Origin: Raillietiella orientalis
Taxonomy: Eukaryota
Assembly: GCA_036172245.1 (NCBI GenBank)
Contig: JAYWIR010000011.1
Span: 682,001-746,000, forward strand
Reading direction: 5' to 3'
DNA length: 64,000 nucleotides
Below the pieces are notes generated by a model. The model ran no database searches. It was given only the letters and a program-made list of their open reading frames with translations, and was not told the origin of the DNA. Shown piece by piece: positions 1-12,600 of this stretch; the first letter of the stretch is position 1, and every line of letters begins with the position of its first letter. The position numbers and the translations under genes were made by a program.

Positions 1-1393
1 ACAGTAATTATGAATGTGCATATTATTGATGTAAAGTCGTTGGTGGAAATAGTGTAGTTTCATGGTGAGTGGAATTTAAGTTGGGAACATGCTTGCTAAA
101 CAGAAATTAGGTAAAGCAATAGTAAAAGCGCATCTGGACTCATGTATAAACTTTTGGAGTTATTAATTGACTCATTTTTCTTGGTGACTGTATTTTTTTT
201 TCCAGTCATGGTTATTTGATCATTTCATGTCATAATCATATTGCTCATAATATTGTGCATTCATTGTACAATGCACTAGCAGGACGCAACTTGACATAGC
301 ATACCTGTAAATTTGAAAATCACTTTTTAACATGTTATACTGTTATATTTCAGCTAGAAAAATGAATTTGTTCATTTTGTTAAATATGATACAAAAAACG
401 TCATGTGCTTCTGACCAAGTAAAAGTCATTATTCTGAGGAATGCCGTTGCATTTTTAGCCCCGTTTTTTGCAAAGTAGGGTTGTTATTAAGAAGTTAACG
501 AACAAGAGTACTAGTTTCCGTAGAAAGGAGTTATATTGTTTAACTCATGAAATGATTGATAATGAATTTCAGCAGCAAAGAGTAAAATATTATTCGAATT
601 CTTCATACACTAAATCTTCAAAACGAAAATTTTATACGTTTTAACATTGAAGATTACATGAGCTTTAAGTCCAATGATCTTATTTTTGTTAAAGATTGCT
701 ATACCAATCAGTGATCCAATATGTGAACAGATCTCTTCTTATTTAATAGGCCTTTTATGGATATATGGCTTGGTTTGTAAGGTAACATGCACGCAAACAA
801 AGTATCATTTATAACAAAAGTATCCTTGCAATGTTCAGATAATTGAGTGTTTTTTAACGAGATTTAGTTTTCGATTTCACTTTCTTCATAATCTTTAACA
901 AACATTACTTCGAATTCTTTAGTAGTAAGTTAGTTGGCAATATAAATCATTTATCAAAGAATTAAGTAGATATATGTTTAATTTTCCTTTTTTTGCATAA
1001 TTCAATGCTATTCAATCAATTTTAGCCAGTACATAGTTTGAAAACTTTCATTTTTTACTTTATCGTTTTAATTTGAAGATTATTTCCTTGCAATATAAGT
1101 TTCATGTTCATTCAGTTGTGTTGCTTTGATTTTTCTGGGGAAAATATTGATGGCCAGATGAGTATACTTTTATGAATAAGTCACAATTATGTTTAAAGCT
1201 TGAAAAAAAATTGCTGATGTACATAAGTTTATTATTTCAAGGATTACTGACTATGTTTATATGTCTTTAAAAAAGATCTTCGTGCCAATAGTATTGTATC
1301 CTTGATGCGTTATGTTTGGTTCCATTTCATATAAAATGAAGGATGCAGTATGATTGGCTTTGTGGATACAAGAATAAACATTGCCAATTTTAG

Positions 1394-4300
1394 GCATGTA
1401 TTGATGATAACTTAGATATGGTGGAATTCCTCTTGAATCATGGAGCAGATATCAATAGAGCAGATAATGAAGGCTGGACACCTCTACATGCAACAGCTTC
1501 TTGTGGTTTTATTAGTATTGCTAAGTATGGGTGTCTATTAACAATCAAACATTTATGGCAATTTCATTATCAGACATTTGATTGAAAGAGGAGCAGATTT
1601 AGTTGCTGTTAACAATGATGGTGATCTACCATATGATATTGCTGAATCTGATGCTATGGAGGAATATTTGCTTTCAATAATTGAACAAAAAGGCATGTAT
1701 GAAACATGTTGTGAGTGTGAAGTATGTTTTCGATTGAGTGTTCGCATTTTCAGTAAAAAGTATTCTTTAGAAATAATATCACGAATCATTGTATTGATAT
1801 CAGTTAAGGTATATCTGTTGTTCCTGGAATGCAGAACTCAGTGCACAGTGTAAAAAATAATGATTAACCTCGAAGACTTGCACACTGAGTTATATATATA
1901 TATATATAACAGGCAAACATAGAAATTTGAATTTGTGGAAAGTTTTGCTTTTAATCAATTATCCAGCAGCATTGTGCATATTTTTTTCCATTTCTTACCA
2001 ATTTATTACAAGTTTCAGAATTTGAGATGGAATCTTCTCGTTCAACCTTTTGTTCAAAACATGCTTTGAATGTTATTCACTCAAATTATGTAATGGATTA
2101 CTAGTCATTTAAAGTTCTTATACTACAAACAAGATACCTGAAATTGTTTCATGTTTCTGTTTTTTGGTTTTTGTTTATCTGACTTTTGTAAGGTGATAAA
2201 TTTTTGAAAATAATATGTCAATTCTGTTAGGTCTTGATTGTGACTCAGCTCGTAATAAAGAACAGAGAATAATGTTAGAAGATGCTGCAAGGTGGATTAA
2301 ACAAGGATACGTAGATGAGTGTCCTCACTGTAGTACAGGAGCCACTGCTCTGCATGTTGCTGCTGCCAAAGGATATTTGAAAGTGATGAAGTTAGTTTCT
2401 GAATTATCATTCATGTAGAAATCATTTTTTCAACTTTGGTTGAAAAATGATTGTTAAAGAATAAGAGAATCTAAAGTAACGAGATTATTTCTTGTTAATC
2501 TTAAATTTCTTTAAAGTATAATAAATAATTTTCTATTTATTATATTCTATGGTTTCTCTTAATTCTTTTAGAATTAAATTAAAATAGTAGATTTAAAAAT
2601 AGATGTTTCTAGTCTGCTCTTAAAGGCGGAAGTAGATATAAATGCCAAAGATTATGATGGTTGGACACCTCTGCATGCTGCTGCTCACTGGAAACAGCGA
2701 GAAGCCTGTCAGCTTCTTGTTGATAATTTTTGTAACATGCAATTACAGAATGACATGGTGAGAGAACAGCTGGATGATGTATTTTTGGAAATTTATTTTG
2801 AAACAAGGGACAAACAGCTTTTGATGTTGCTGATCCAGAGCTTTTGCCATTTCTAGAGGACTTAGCCAAAAAACAAAAACTTGAAATCGAGGCTAAGGAA
2901 GTGCGAAAACAGCAGTTGGCGCCTACTGCAAAAAAGTGAGCTCCATAAATTGAGAAATACGCTAAAGTCCTTGTTAGGAAATCCAAGATATCTGAAGATC
3001 CGAATTTTGTTCCACTCCTTCCAGATAGTAGTAATGGGTACTTGAATGGAAAATTAACTAACGGTTCAGTGCTTACAGATACAGGTATTTTGAAATTAGT
3101 AGTTCACAGTTATATTGTTGTAGTAACAATCTTATATTAGTCAGTATTAGCCAACAGTTTGGGAAAATACATTGTCACTTTGTCTGTAATTATGTGAACT
3201 GCGTGTATAGATGTGTATTTGCGTTGAACATAGAATTAAAAGGACATGGCATTTGATTTTTGGCAATCTTATGATTCATAAGGTGCTTGCTTTAAAGCCA
3301 GCATGTTTGTTAACTGTATTTTGGTTTTCCCGAATTAAATAGGAATTTTTGTGTGTGTATTTCGCAATTTTTGTTGTGAATGGATTCTCACCGTTTAAGT
3401 AGTGATGTCTCATATTTTATCTTGTATAAGAATTGCCAGAATGAATCATATAGGATTGCAAGAATCATTTCAATAGTTATGTTATTCATTATTGTATGTG
3501 ATGCATGTAATGTTTGTCTACAACAAAAGGAAACCCTTTTTTTGTAATCATACGGTTTTATTATGATGTGTCAGTTTAGTGGTAAGACTTATGACACTAA
3601 TTCATCAGGTGTTTTGATTTGTAGAAAAGAAAAATTGGTTTAATGATAAGGAACATCATGTGATCATTCGTGAGAATAAATTGGTGAGATCAATTAGCTA
3701 GATGGCTTTTGTTTTATGGGATTTTTGTGTTATAAGCACGTAGAACCGTTGAAACCTTCAAGAGATGACAAATTCATTGCTGTCGCTAGTGTGTCACCAT
3801 GGAGAAGACAGGATGATGCCAAAAAAATTGCTTCAAATTCCTCGGAACATAAAAGTGAGTAATCTTATCAAATACTGTTGGGTATAAAATTTTTCAGCAC
3901 AAGAGCTTGCTGAAATTCAAGGAGAAACCAAGACACCAAGGAAACAGAGATTTAGTGAAGAAGAAGACAAGTGAGTACATTGTATTCTGTAATCTGATTC
4001 TGAGGGGTCGTAGTTATTTTCAATGCATCTTATTTAGGAGGTGTCAGTAAGGTATTGGTCATGTCTGTTGTGAATCCATTCTGTTCTAGCTCATGCTTAT
4101 TTTGCTTGTATTTTGTAGGTTGTTCAATGACATACAAAAGAAACTTGAAGAAAGATCTTGCAAAATGATTACCATTCATGATGGTGAAAATACAAAACCC
4201 TCAAGGTATGTCTTTTGTTTCTGTTGCCATTCTGCGAACATCTATGGTTATTGTTGTTGACATAAATGATTGCTGTTTCGAACAGTTTGTTTCAACTAAA

Positions 4301-6935
4301 TTTCACCACAAGGGATTGGCTGATTGCTTCGACTTATTTTAGGAATGTGGAATCAGCAAGCTCTGTCCAAGGAGATCATTCTGTTGGTGCCCCAGAAACT
4401 ACAGCTTCTGTGCCTCCACCTCTTCCAGTCAGAAAGTAATTTCACTTTTTACTTGTTTTAGTTGATTTGGGTTCGTTATTCTATTCAGTTCTGCTGCTTC
4501 TGTTCCACAACCTGCAGAAGGTCATAGATTGAGTTTCTTCTCTAAATTCCTTAAGTATTAATTGTGCATGGATATCCATTCATTTATTATGAATTATCTC
4601 CTTAGGTCTTTTGTGCCACCAGTCAGAGATGAGGAGTCTGAAACGCAAAGAAAAGCTCATGCAAAGCGAGTGAGGGAGACAAGAAGAAGCACCCAAGGTG
4701 TCACGTTGGAAGAAATCAAGAGTGCACAGCAGTTAATGAAAGATCGGCAGCAAATGCAAAATGCCATGATTCAGGTTGGTTGGATGATGTCATTGGTGGA
4801 TAATAAAATCTGGCACAGAAAGATGCTACTAGCTCGGTACATACTGATGATGTTGGAGAAAGAAAAGATCAAACTTTGGAAAAACGACCTTCCTGGAGGT
4901 TACGCCTGGATGATGGTGACAAAACTAAAGTTAGTTTTTGCATGCTCATTGTGATGTGAGCTCCTAATGTTTGTCACTCAAGTTTATTTTAGAGGATGAG
5001 AACGTGGATGCTTCCAAAGGAAATCAGACTGCAGATGATACTTCTGTTACAGAGGTGTCAGTTAGCCTTCCTTTACGTTCCCGTAATTCGGATATCCAGG
5101 ACAATCTTCAATCTGTGCAACTAGCAATACAGCGTTGTCGCAGACCTAAAAGACGTTCTACTGGTGTGGTTCAGTTTGATAGCAAAGTAATGTATATTAT
5201 CGTAATTGTTGGTTTTCAAGCTAATCATGTTTGATAGGATGAAGAGGAGAATAATCCTCCTTTTCTCCCTGGAAATCAAGACCAGGTTAGCAATAGCTAT
5301 GTTTGCACATTATCCATATTTATACAGTATTTGTGCCACCATCATGTCTCTAATGCTGGAAGTGGTTTTTAGCATACAAACAAATATTAGAAATTATATT
5401 TTTTTCAATGAATTATCGTTCAGCGGTTTTTTAGTTAATTGCTTTGATGTGAATTTTTGATGTATATATATATTCAAATGTAAAGTTGAGGAGAAAATGT
5501 ACAAACCATGCTGCAAAGACATCATGCATCAGATGATGTCTTTTTTGTATGCACAGAGTGATGTCTATAATCTTTGATTATCGCTCTTTCTTATTAATTT
5601 ATTGTTTTGTTGTGTATCTTACAAAGTAAAAAAAAAAAAAAAATCCATAATTTTAAAAAATGCAGTTTGTGAGCACAGTGACTTTTGCAAAGTAAATTGA
5701 AATCTGTCATAGGTAAATAGGTTTAGTTTTGAGAAACAGGTTTGTATTTGCACAGCATTTAAAAATTTTCGAGACCTCATGCTCAAGGTTCAGATAATTA
5801 ATATTATCTTAATAATGTTGAATATTAGCCTTTGGTACAGTCATGGGCATTTTAAATCCTTACTAAACATTGATGCATATCGACTGTATACATTTCGAAA
5901 TATGAAATCGTGGAAATGGAGTGACTGCCAAAATTTGTGTCAAGTTTCATGCATTCCTTGAAAGCAATTTATGCTTTGAAAGTTAATACAAACTGTCAGC
6001 TCTTCTTAATTCTAATTGAATTTCATTTTAGAGTCAAGGCAATTCCGTGGTGTCAGTACCAAATCATGATCAAAGTAGTGAACCAGACTATAAAAAGGTT
6101 TTTCTCTTTTATTTTGCTTTGCTTTGCTTCCCGACTTGACTGATTATTGTAGCTTTATGAAGACGTCACAAGAGAAAATGCTGCTTTGCAAGAGAAATTA
6201 CGCTTAATGGAGGAGAGATTGCAAGAACAGTATAATCATCACAATCAGGTACAAGTTACATGTATCTCGTAGTAAAGCCACTGTTTGTACTTGATTAGTC
6301 CTCCCGAAATGTAACTTCGGAGGCAGAAAAGCGTGAGAAGAGGGCACTGGAAAGAAAGCTATCAGAAATGGAAGAGGAGTTAAAAGTACGTATGATGGAA
6401 GATAAAACTATTGCACTCCCATCCTTATCGTTTTGTACTCATCAGTTCTAGTTTCTAAGTAAACTCAAATCTAGATAGGTAAAATAGTCTATTTACAGCA
6501 ACTGCAAAAACTGAAATCCGAGAATGAGAGACTCAAAAATGAAAATCGTGCTCTGACTAGGGTTGTGTCTAAGCTGAGCAGTGGAACTTCCTGTGCCTAG
6601 ATTAGACTGTAATTCTTAGTGAACTTGATCAATGCATGTTGTGATGTTTCTGTGGTTTCAGCATAACCTAATAAGCTTTGTTTTTTGTTTTTTCTTCCTT
6701 AACATGATATGTGATGCTTTCTTTCCACATACTGTACTAGTATTGATTGATTATGTTTCCTGCAAAAATGTGGATGGTGTACTTTCTGTGTTGCATCAGA
6801 TAATCTGATTCTGAACTATAACTTACTGCATATCCCTTACCCTTTTGTATTTTTCAGACATACATCCAGGGTAATGAGCAGCTGAAGCAGGAGAACCGAG
6901 CTCTCATCAGAGTAATTAGCAAGTTATCAAAATAG
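1394..6935 (+). CDS. PPP1R12A: Myosin phosphatase targeting subunit (MYPT1/Mbs-like), multi-exon, 5' exons lie upstream of the window; two alternative last exons
   Basis: Spliced exons (1394-1524, 1574-1692, 2231-2390, 2613-2757, 2808-2935, ... 4606-4774, ... to 6385, then 6499-6600 or 6858-6935) encode ankyrin repeats (ADNEGWTPLHATASCG, TGATALHVAAAKGY, DYDGWTPLHAAAHW), the inhibitory motif RDEESETQRKAHAKRVRETRRSTQGV, a second site RRSTGVV, and the C-terminal EKRALERKLSEMEEELK...ENRALIRVISKLSK leucine zipper. Confidence 0.95.
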
Positions 6936-8068
6936 CTTACAGCAAAACAAACAGTATGCTGTGAACTGGAAAGTCATACTTATTCAGAATGGCAACGTAT
7001 TTTTTGTGATGAGAGTAAAGAACCTAATACTTGACCAGAAAATAATTATATAATTTGAACTACACCAGATTGGCAAATTTACATTGCTCACCTTTTTTCA
7101 GCATTGCGATTGTTTCGATTTTCCGTCATCCCCTTAATCTTATTTCCCCAATCGAAGAAAACTGGAGCGGGATTATGTTTATGTTAGCGCCTATTCAAAA
7201 TCATACTTGTGACACGCCTTTGAGCCCACCTGCAGGCAAAGATCATGGAATGTGAAATTACATGATAGTGTCGATGTAATCCCTGGTGCCAGTGTTCTCT
7301 ATCACCTCATACTAATACCGTAATTTCTTTACACCATTTGGCAGCAGTTGCTGAGTTAGCATTAAACATTCAAGGCGAACGCCGGTCATAGGAAGTAAAA
7401 GTCACTTACACGCATGTAACTTAAATACACAATTGAACTTCCAGTCGCAAGATTGCATGAATCATACCATTGGAATCTGGGATCACGTGTGTTCACTGAA
7501 GTTCGCCTTTTCCTCTTTCCTGGTATCAAGCATTCCTTCAACCGAATCGCATTTTTCCGCTGTCCAAAAGTCCCACAATCGAAGTCTTCCCCCGTTTTGA
7601 ATAGGCACACACGCAAGGTGCACGTCTTGTGTAAATTCAGTGATATTTTTCCGTTAACTCACACCATCAACAGAGTGATAGAAAAGGAGAAATACGCTCC
7701 TTATAAGAAAAAAGTTAATGTTATTTCCACCACCAGGCACTACTGAAGTAGGTGGAAGCAGCAACGAGTTAGCAACCTTGACCAAAGTACGGATTTCTGA
7801 CGACCACAAAATACCACAGTAATTCCAAAGATCACAAACTTCTTGCTTCACACTGAAAAATCCAATCATGAATCTAAAGGCAACTGCACGCTGATAAAAA
7901 TGAAAGATTTCCAAAAGTTACCTACCAAAATAAAGCTCATTGTCCTCCTCCTCCTCAGTTTTTATTTTCAGAAATGCTTTAACGAACCAATTCAATTAGG
8001 ACTTTTAATTTCGTAATTGCTTAGACCACAACTGATCCATTGAATTCAAGTCACGAAGGCCTAATCAC

Positions 8069-8345
8069 CTCCTCTGTGTTTCACCGCCTCCCACGCAGTA
8101 ATATTCAACGAATCCGAGTTGAACTTTGCTCTCTCGCAAAAAGATCCTTCCATCTCATAGTCCCTGGCAAACATTGTTTTCATCATGCGCTAAGGTATTT
8201 TAAAAAATCCTCATATGAACAAACTACTCTTCTTTTGGTATTTATATTTGCGTCGATGTACTGTGATTCAGATATAAAAAACACCAACCTTTCCCAAAGT
8301 GGACACTTTATTTTTGAACAGAGGCGCGCTGACCAGTTGGGCCAT
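8069..8345 (-). pseudogene. Truncated, diverged second MAN2C1 copy (exon 1 and a possible exon 2 remnant)
   Basis: ATG at 8345 starts [23 protein letters not shown], identical to the intact gene. An extra A (A6 at 8276-8281 vs A5 at 34629-34633) shifts the frame. Past the identical tract it reads QYIDANINTK vs [11 protein letters not shown] weak ungapped match to exon 2 lies at 8163-8069. Confidence 0.6.
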
Positions 8346-9686
8346 GGCGCAGCCCGAATGCAACCCAAAGAAACTTTCAGCACCTACAACGGAAACGTAT
8401 CCACCACCACGACCACCACCTTGCAATCCTGCAGCAACCACGATCCCGACGACGTGCACTCCACGCTGCTGCACCCGCAAACACGAACTCCCTTGCGCCG
8501 CTTCGACCTGACCTGCGGCACCGAGAGTGTTGCCAACGACGCACGTCTGGCGCGACACCCAGTCGCCACTTTCTCCGTCCAGGACGCGGAGGCTGGTCTG
8601 CGGCAAAAACCACCTGCCTGCCTGCCAGCAGCAGGAGGGACCTCGCGGCGCACGCCAGCAACACACACACGCGGGGAAGCACTCCCATCTCGCTACGCAC
8701 GTGTGCATGCAAACCCACGTTGCCAACGGAACACTGTCCGCCGCCGACACCACCACCCTGCGCGCCCCAGGCAACAGACACTCGGATGCACCATCCGTTC
8801 ACACACAACGCTCCCAACCATCGCCTCCGCTCCTTGGCAAGCTCACGCTGCTCCTCCTCTCCGACGGCGCCAGCTGTTCGCCAAACGGAACCAACGGCTG
8901 CCGCCCTTCCCGCTCCCTACCACCGCCGGACGAGCCGCCGGCAGGGCTTTCTCTGCATCCCTCCACCCACGCGACGACCTCCTCCTCCTCCTCCTCCAAA
9001 ACATACGGATCACTCCCAAACGAACAGCGACGCACCAAACCAACGCCACGTCCGAACGTGCAAACACGCAACACAAAAAAAACACTTTATTGCCACGTGC
9101 ATAACACATCCGCCGGCCGCTCCCGAGAGCGCCAGCAGCTCCACCAAATCAGCCAGCCACCACGCACAGCACCGTTTGGATCTCGAACGGAGAAAAGTCC
9201 AGCGTCACGCTTCCGTCCGAAAGGGGCACGTCGCCGACGTTCTCCTCGAAGCCGGTCGACCTGTGCACGGACACCACGTCGCATCCAAAGGAAAGCCTGA
9301 AAAGAAGTTCGCAAACTCAGTTGGGGCGCCTTCGTCCTCGCCACCGCCCAGCCGCCCGCACCGACGACGACGACTCCCGAGAGCGAACGCGCTCCTTCTC
9401 CCCTCCGATCCTCGACCACCGTCGTCGTCTTGCTGGCGCTCGCCCGCAACGCGCCCGACGTCGCCAGCGACCTCGGGGACAGGCTTCTTCTGCCGGGCGC
9501 GCAGCAGCGTGCTCGGGAAAAACACCACAACGCACGCAAGGAAAGCAAAGCAAGAGAAAGAGGAAACGCGCACCTGCTCGTGCATGGACAGCTGCTTGGC
9601 GCATCCAACCCGTTCGTCGCCAAGCTGCATGTCCGCTTTGGGTTTCCTCTTTCGAGTGCACACGCGGAAGGAAGCTTCAGACGTTG
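8257..9686. repeat. Direct repeat copy 1 (1430 bp): MAN2C1 last-intron end, last exon, polyA signal, spacer and start of exon 1
   Basis: Matches 34610-36038 from TGTACTGTGATTCAG to CTTCAGACGTTG. ORF-track translations are identical at offset 26352. The only difference seen is a 1-nt homopolymer indel. Confidence 0.97.
9086..9091 (-). terminator. Polyadenylation signal AATAAA of MAN2C1
   Basis: Minus strand reads GGC-AATAAA-GTGTTTTTTTTTGTGTTGCGTGTTTG, about 58 nt after the stop codon and followed by a GU/U-rich tract. Confidence 0.7.
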
Positions 9687-12600
9687 CAAGGAAAAAGCGG
9701 TACGTATTTGAAAGCAAACGTGTTGGTTTGAGAACAGAGGCGTGAATCAGAAGGGAAGGTGATTACCAATGAGGCATTCTTTGCTTCAGGAAGTCATGTT
9801 TTTCGGATTTGCTGTTGGCAACCGCACGCGTGTTCCGAACATGCCTAGGCGCAAAGCGGCAGCTGGAACACGGCCACCACCCTTGCTGCTTCAAGGATGA
9901 GGCATGCGGTGAAGCCACAATAAAGTCCCTGCTTCCGATGGGGTCCCACCGATGGATCTTCCGTTCCGTAAGATGTTTTTCATTAGAGGGTGGCAGGATC
10001 AAGTAGCAGCAACACGTAAGCTTCTTCAGCACCATATGTATCGTTTTTGCTCCGATGCTTAAAACGTACCCGGAGTAGAACTGCGCGAAGACATTACCCG
10101 AGGAACCTTGAGCTGTTCGAAAGTTCCTTAAGTTCCTTTTTCATGGTCGTACGGGCCAAGGGCCGAATGCAAGTTCGTAACATCCTGTTTCCCAGTTGCC
10201 AGAAAGCGAAAAATACTTTGCTATGTACAAGATCTCCCTCTGAACGGCGCATGCACCTGCAGAGTCGAGTGGTTGCGGAAGAAGGCTTAGGTCTACCTCT
10301 GCATCCCGTAAAGCCGAACGCGAGCGAACAGGCTAGCCCCAATGGAGAGAAAACCATGGTGGTCAAGGGGGCGGCTGCGGGTCCCAACTACGTAGGTGGA
10401 GCCGCGCGAACAAAAAAAGGTCTCTGTCTCAACAGTAGCTTCACACCCGTCTTGAACCCCTGTCGCACACCAAATATTTTCCAACAGCGACGAAATGGGA
10501 GCCTGTAGACACAAGGGCACGAGTCGCTCGGAAAAGCTTAGAAACGCTCCGCTGCCTTCTACTGAAACGGTGCTCCAGTAGAAAGCACGACGGGATCCCA
10601 AGAAGTGGGAACGCACCATTCTCCTTATATGAGCGCGATGGCTAGACAACCAGTTAAGCGGGAGGTCTCCTGCCTCTCAGCAGAGTCAGTAAAACTGGGG
10701 AGCGGCTGGTTAGCTCCAGAACTTTAGGACGCCGCGAGACCAACTGATCGCGACTATGGACCGTCCTCGTGAACGGAAATAGGGACAGCTTCGACATCCC
10801 ACTGGATGAACTAGTAATCCCCACCATCCTCCGGTTGAGTGCTTCTTCCTCTCTGGTGGCGACAGAAGGCGAATTTCTTCCTGGACTGGTGTTTTCCGTG
10901 CAGCCAACTCCGGTACCGAGATGAACTTTGCCAGCTGGGCGGGGCGATCGAATAGCCATCATGCCTGCTTCTGGACCGCGAGTCTTTTTTCGCAGCGGAC
11001 GGCAAGGAGTAGCAGGAGCCCCCTTGCACTGCCCCTAGTCAGCTCCTACGCTCCTACTCCTAGGCGGTTCTCCTGTACGCTGCGAAGTCACTCGACCAAC
11101 GGCGATGCCGTGCTGCATCATCCGTGCAGTAGCAGTCAAGCGAATCGCCACGCCGTGGTAGTGCGCCGGTAATGGTCGTTCGCTTAATCCCACCCGTGAT
11201 GGGGAGGGTAGCAAGATGGCCTCACCTCCTTCCCAAAATCAAGGGGGACACCTTGAACAAAAAAGGCAAAAAAAAAAACGGTGACTTTCCCTTTCTTCCC
11301 CATTCGCCGGAGACGATAAATGTTTGCGCCGTGTTTCCTTATACCTTGACTATATACACATAATGATGGAAATCTTTTTGGATCTTAGTTGTTTTCCTTC
11401 CAGCTTTTTTTTCTTCTTCTTCTTTCGAATTTTCTTCTTTTTTTGGTTCGTCGAGTGCCCCAAGAACCGTCGCGCGCCTAGCGGCCCACGCAGAACACTG
11501 CCCCACGCCGTCCGAGGATGTGCTAACTCTTCAAGATAGGGGGCACCCAGGGAGGGGACCACCCTTGAATCCACGGAGGGCTCCGGAGAAGGGAGTCCGT
11601 TTGTCTTACGCCTGAGGAAGAATCCCCGAAGGGCATTTCTTCTCCGGAGGAGAAACCCGCAAGGGAACCGTTCCCAGCTTCCTTCTCTGAAGAGAACCAC
11701 GAACGGACGCATCCCAATTTCCTCTGAAGGGCGCTCCATGAAGACAGTGGCACGCTTCCCTGCACACTGGAGAGGCGTCATCGATCCACCAGCTCCATGG
11801 TACGAGACGGAGGGATCTCAACCGGAGGGGAACCCCGAAGGGAATCCTTGATCCTGTTTCCTGGAAGGACCGCGGAGAGTCGACTCCTAATCCAGGCCAC
11901 TCATCGGGGGCATCTGGTTTTATCCGCTACCAGTGCCACACCTGACTATGGGCTAACCAGTGTGCTCTTGCTGGGGAAACCCGAACCCACGACGTACACT
12001 CCTTTCTCTGGAGTCAATCCTTACCCCTGGTACGCCTGGTGTTACGCGCGGAGAACGCAACCACGTGGCCTCCGACGCAGGGTATGTGCGCGCGTGTGTA
12101 TTCCCTGAATCTCGAACCTCAAGGCACGTTCCTCGGAAATCGTGATTTTTGAAACTATGGGGACCACCGAAAACGCACTTTTGGCGCCTCCTTCCTGTGG
12201 TGATGGGAAGAATCCCCCTCCCGTCCTGCTTTGGTCTCCAAACTCATTCTTTCCGAAAGTGAACCCAATCCAGCATTCATGCGGGTTTCCTTCCCCCCCC
12301 CCCCTCCCGAGGCTATTCCAAAAAGCACGAAGGAAATGTCATCACGCAGCTGGATGACGGTGCCTCCTTGGCGCGTTGCCTTCCCGTGCGACCGATTACT
12401 ACCGAGATCGCGCGGGGGGGTCTACCAAAGACTGCTCGGTGATGTTGCCGAGCGTCGGCGTTCCGCAAAGCTGAAACCTCTTGCCAGATCAACAACAGCG
12501 TGCGGCAAAAGAGAACAAAACAAAAATGCACGGCGGAGCTTACTGTGCTTGAACGGAGCTGCCGAAGGATTCGTACAACCGCAGGACCAAGGCAGAAGGC

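Noticed and set aside
6694..6703. U12-type branch point TTCCTTAAC
   Set aside because: No matching U12 donor and no suitably spaced acceptor.
8040..9745. Long overlapping ORFs (354, 341, 257 aa) and their copies at 34.7-36.0 kb
   Set aside because: Low-complexity Arg/Pro/Thr-rich frames typical of GC-rich DNA. The real coding parts are the minus-strand MAN2C1 exons.
11845..11910. Hammerhead-like CCGAUGAG...GAAAC on the minus strand
   Set aside because: The core is CCGAUGA rather than CUGAUGA, and stem II does not close next to GAAA.
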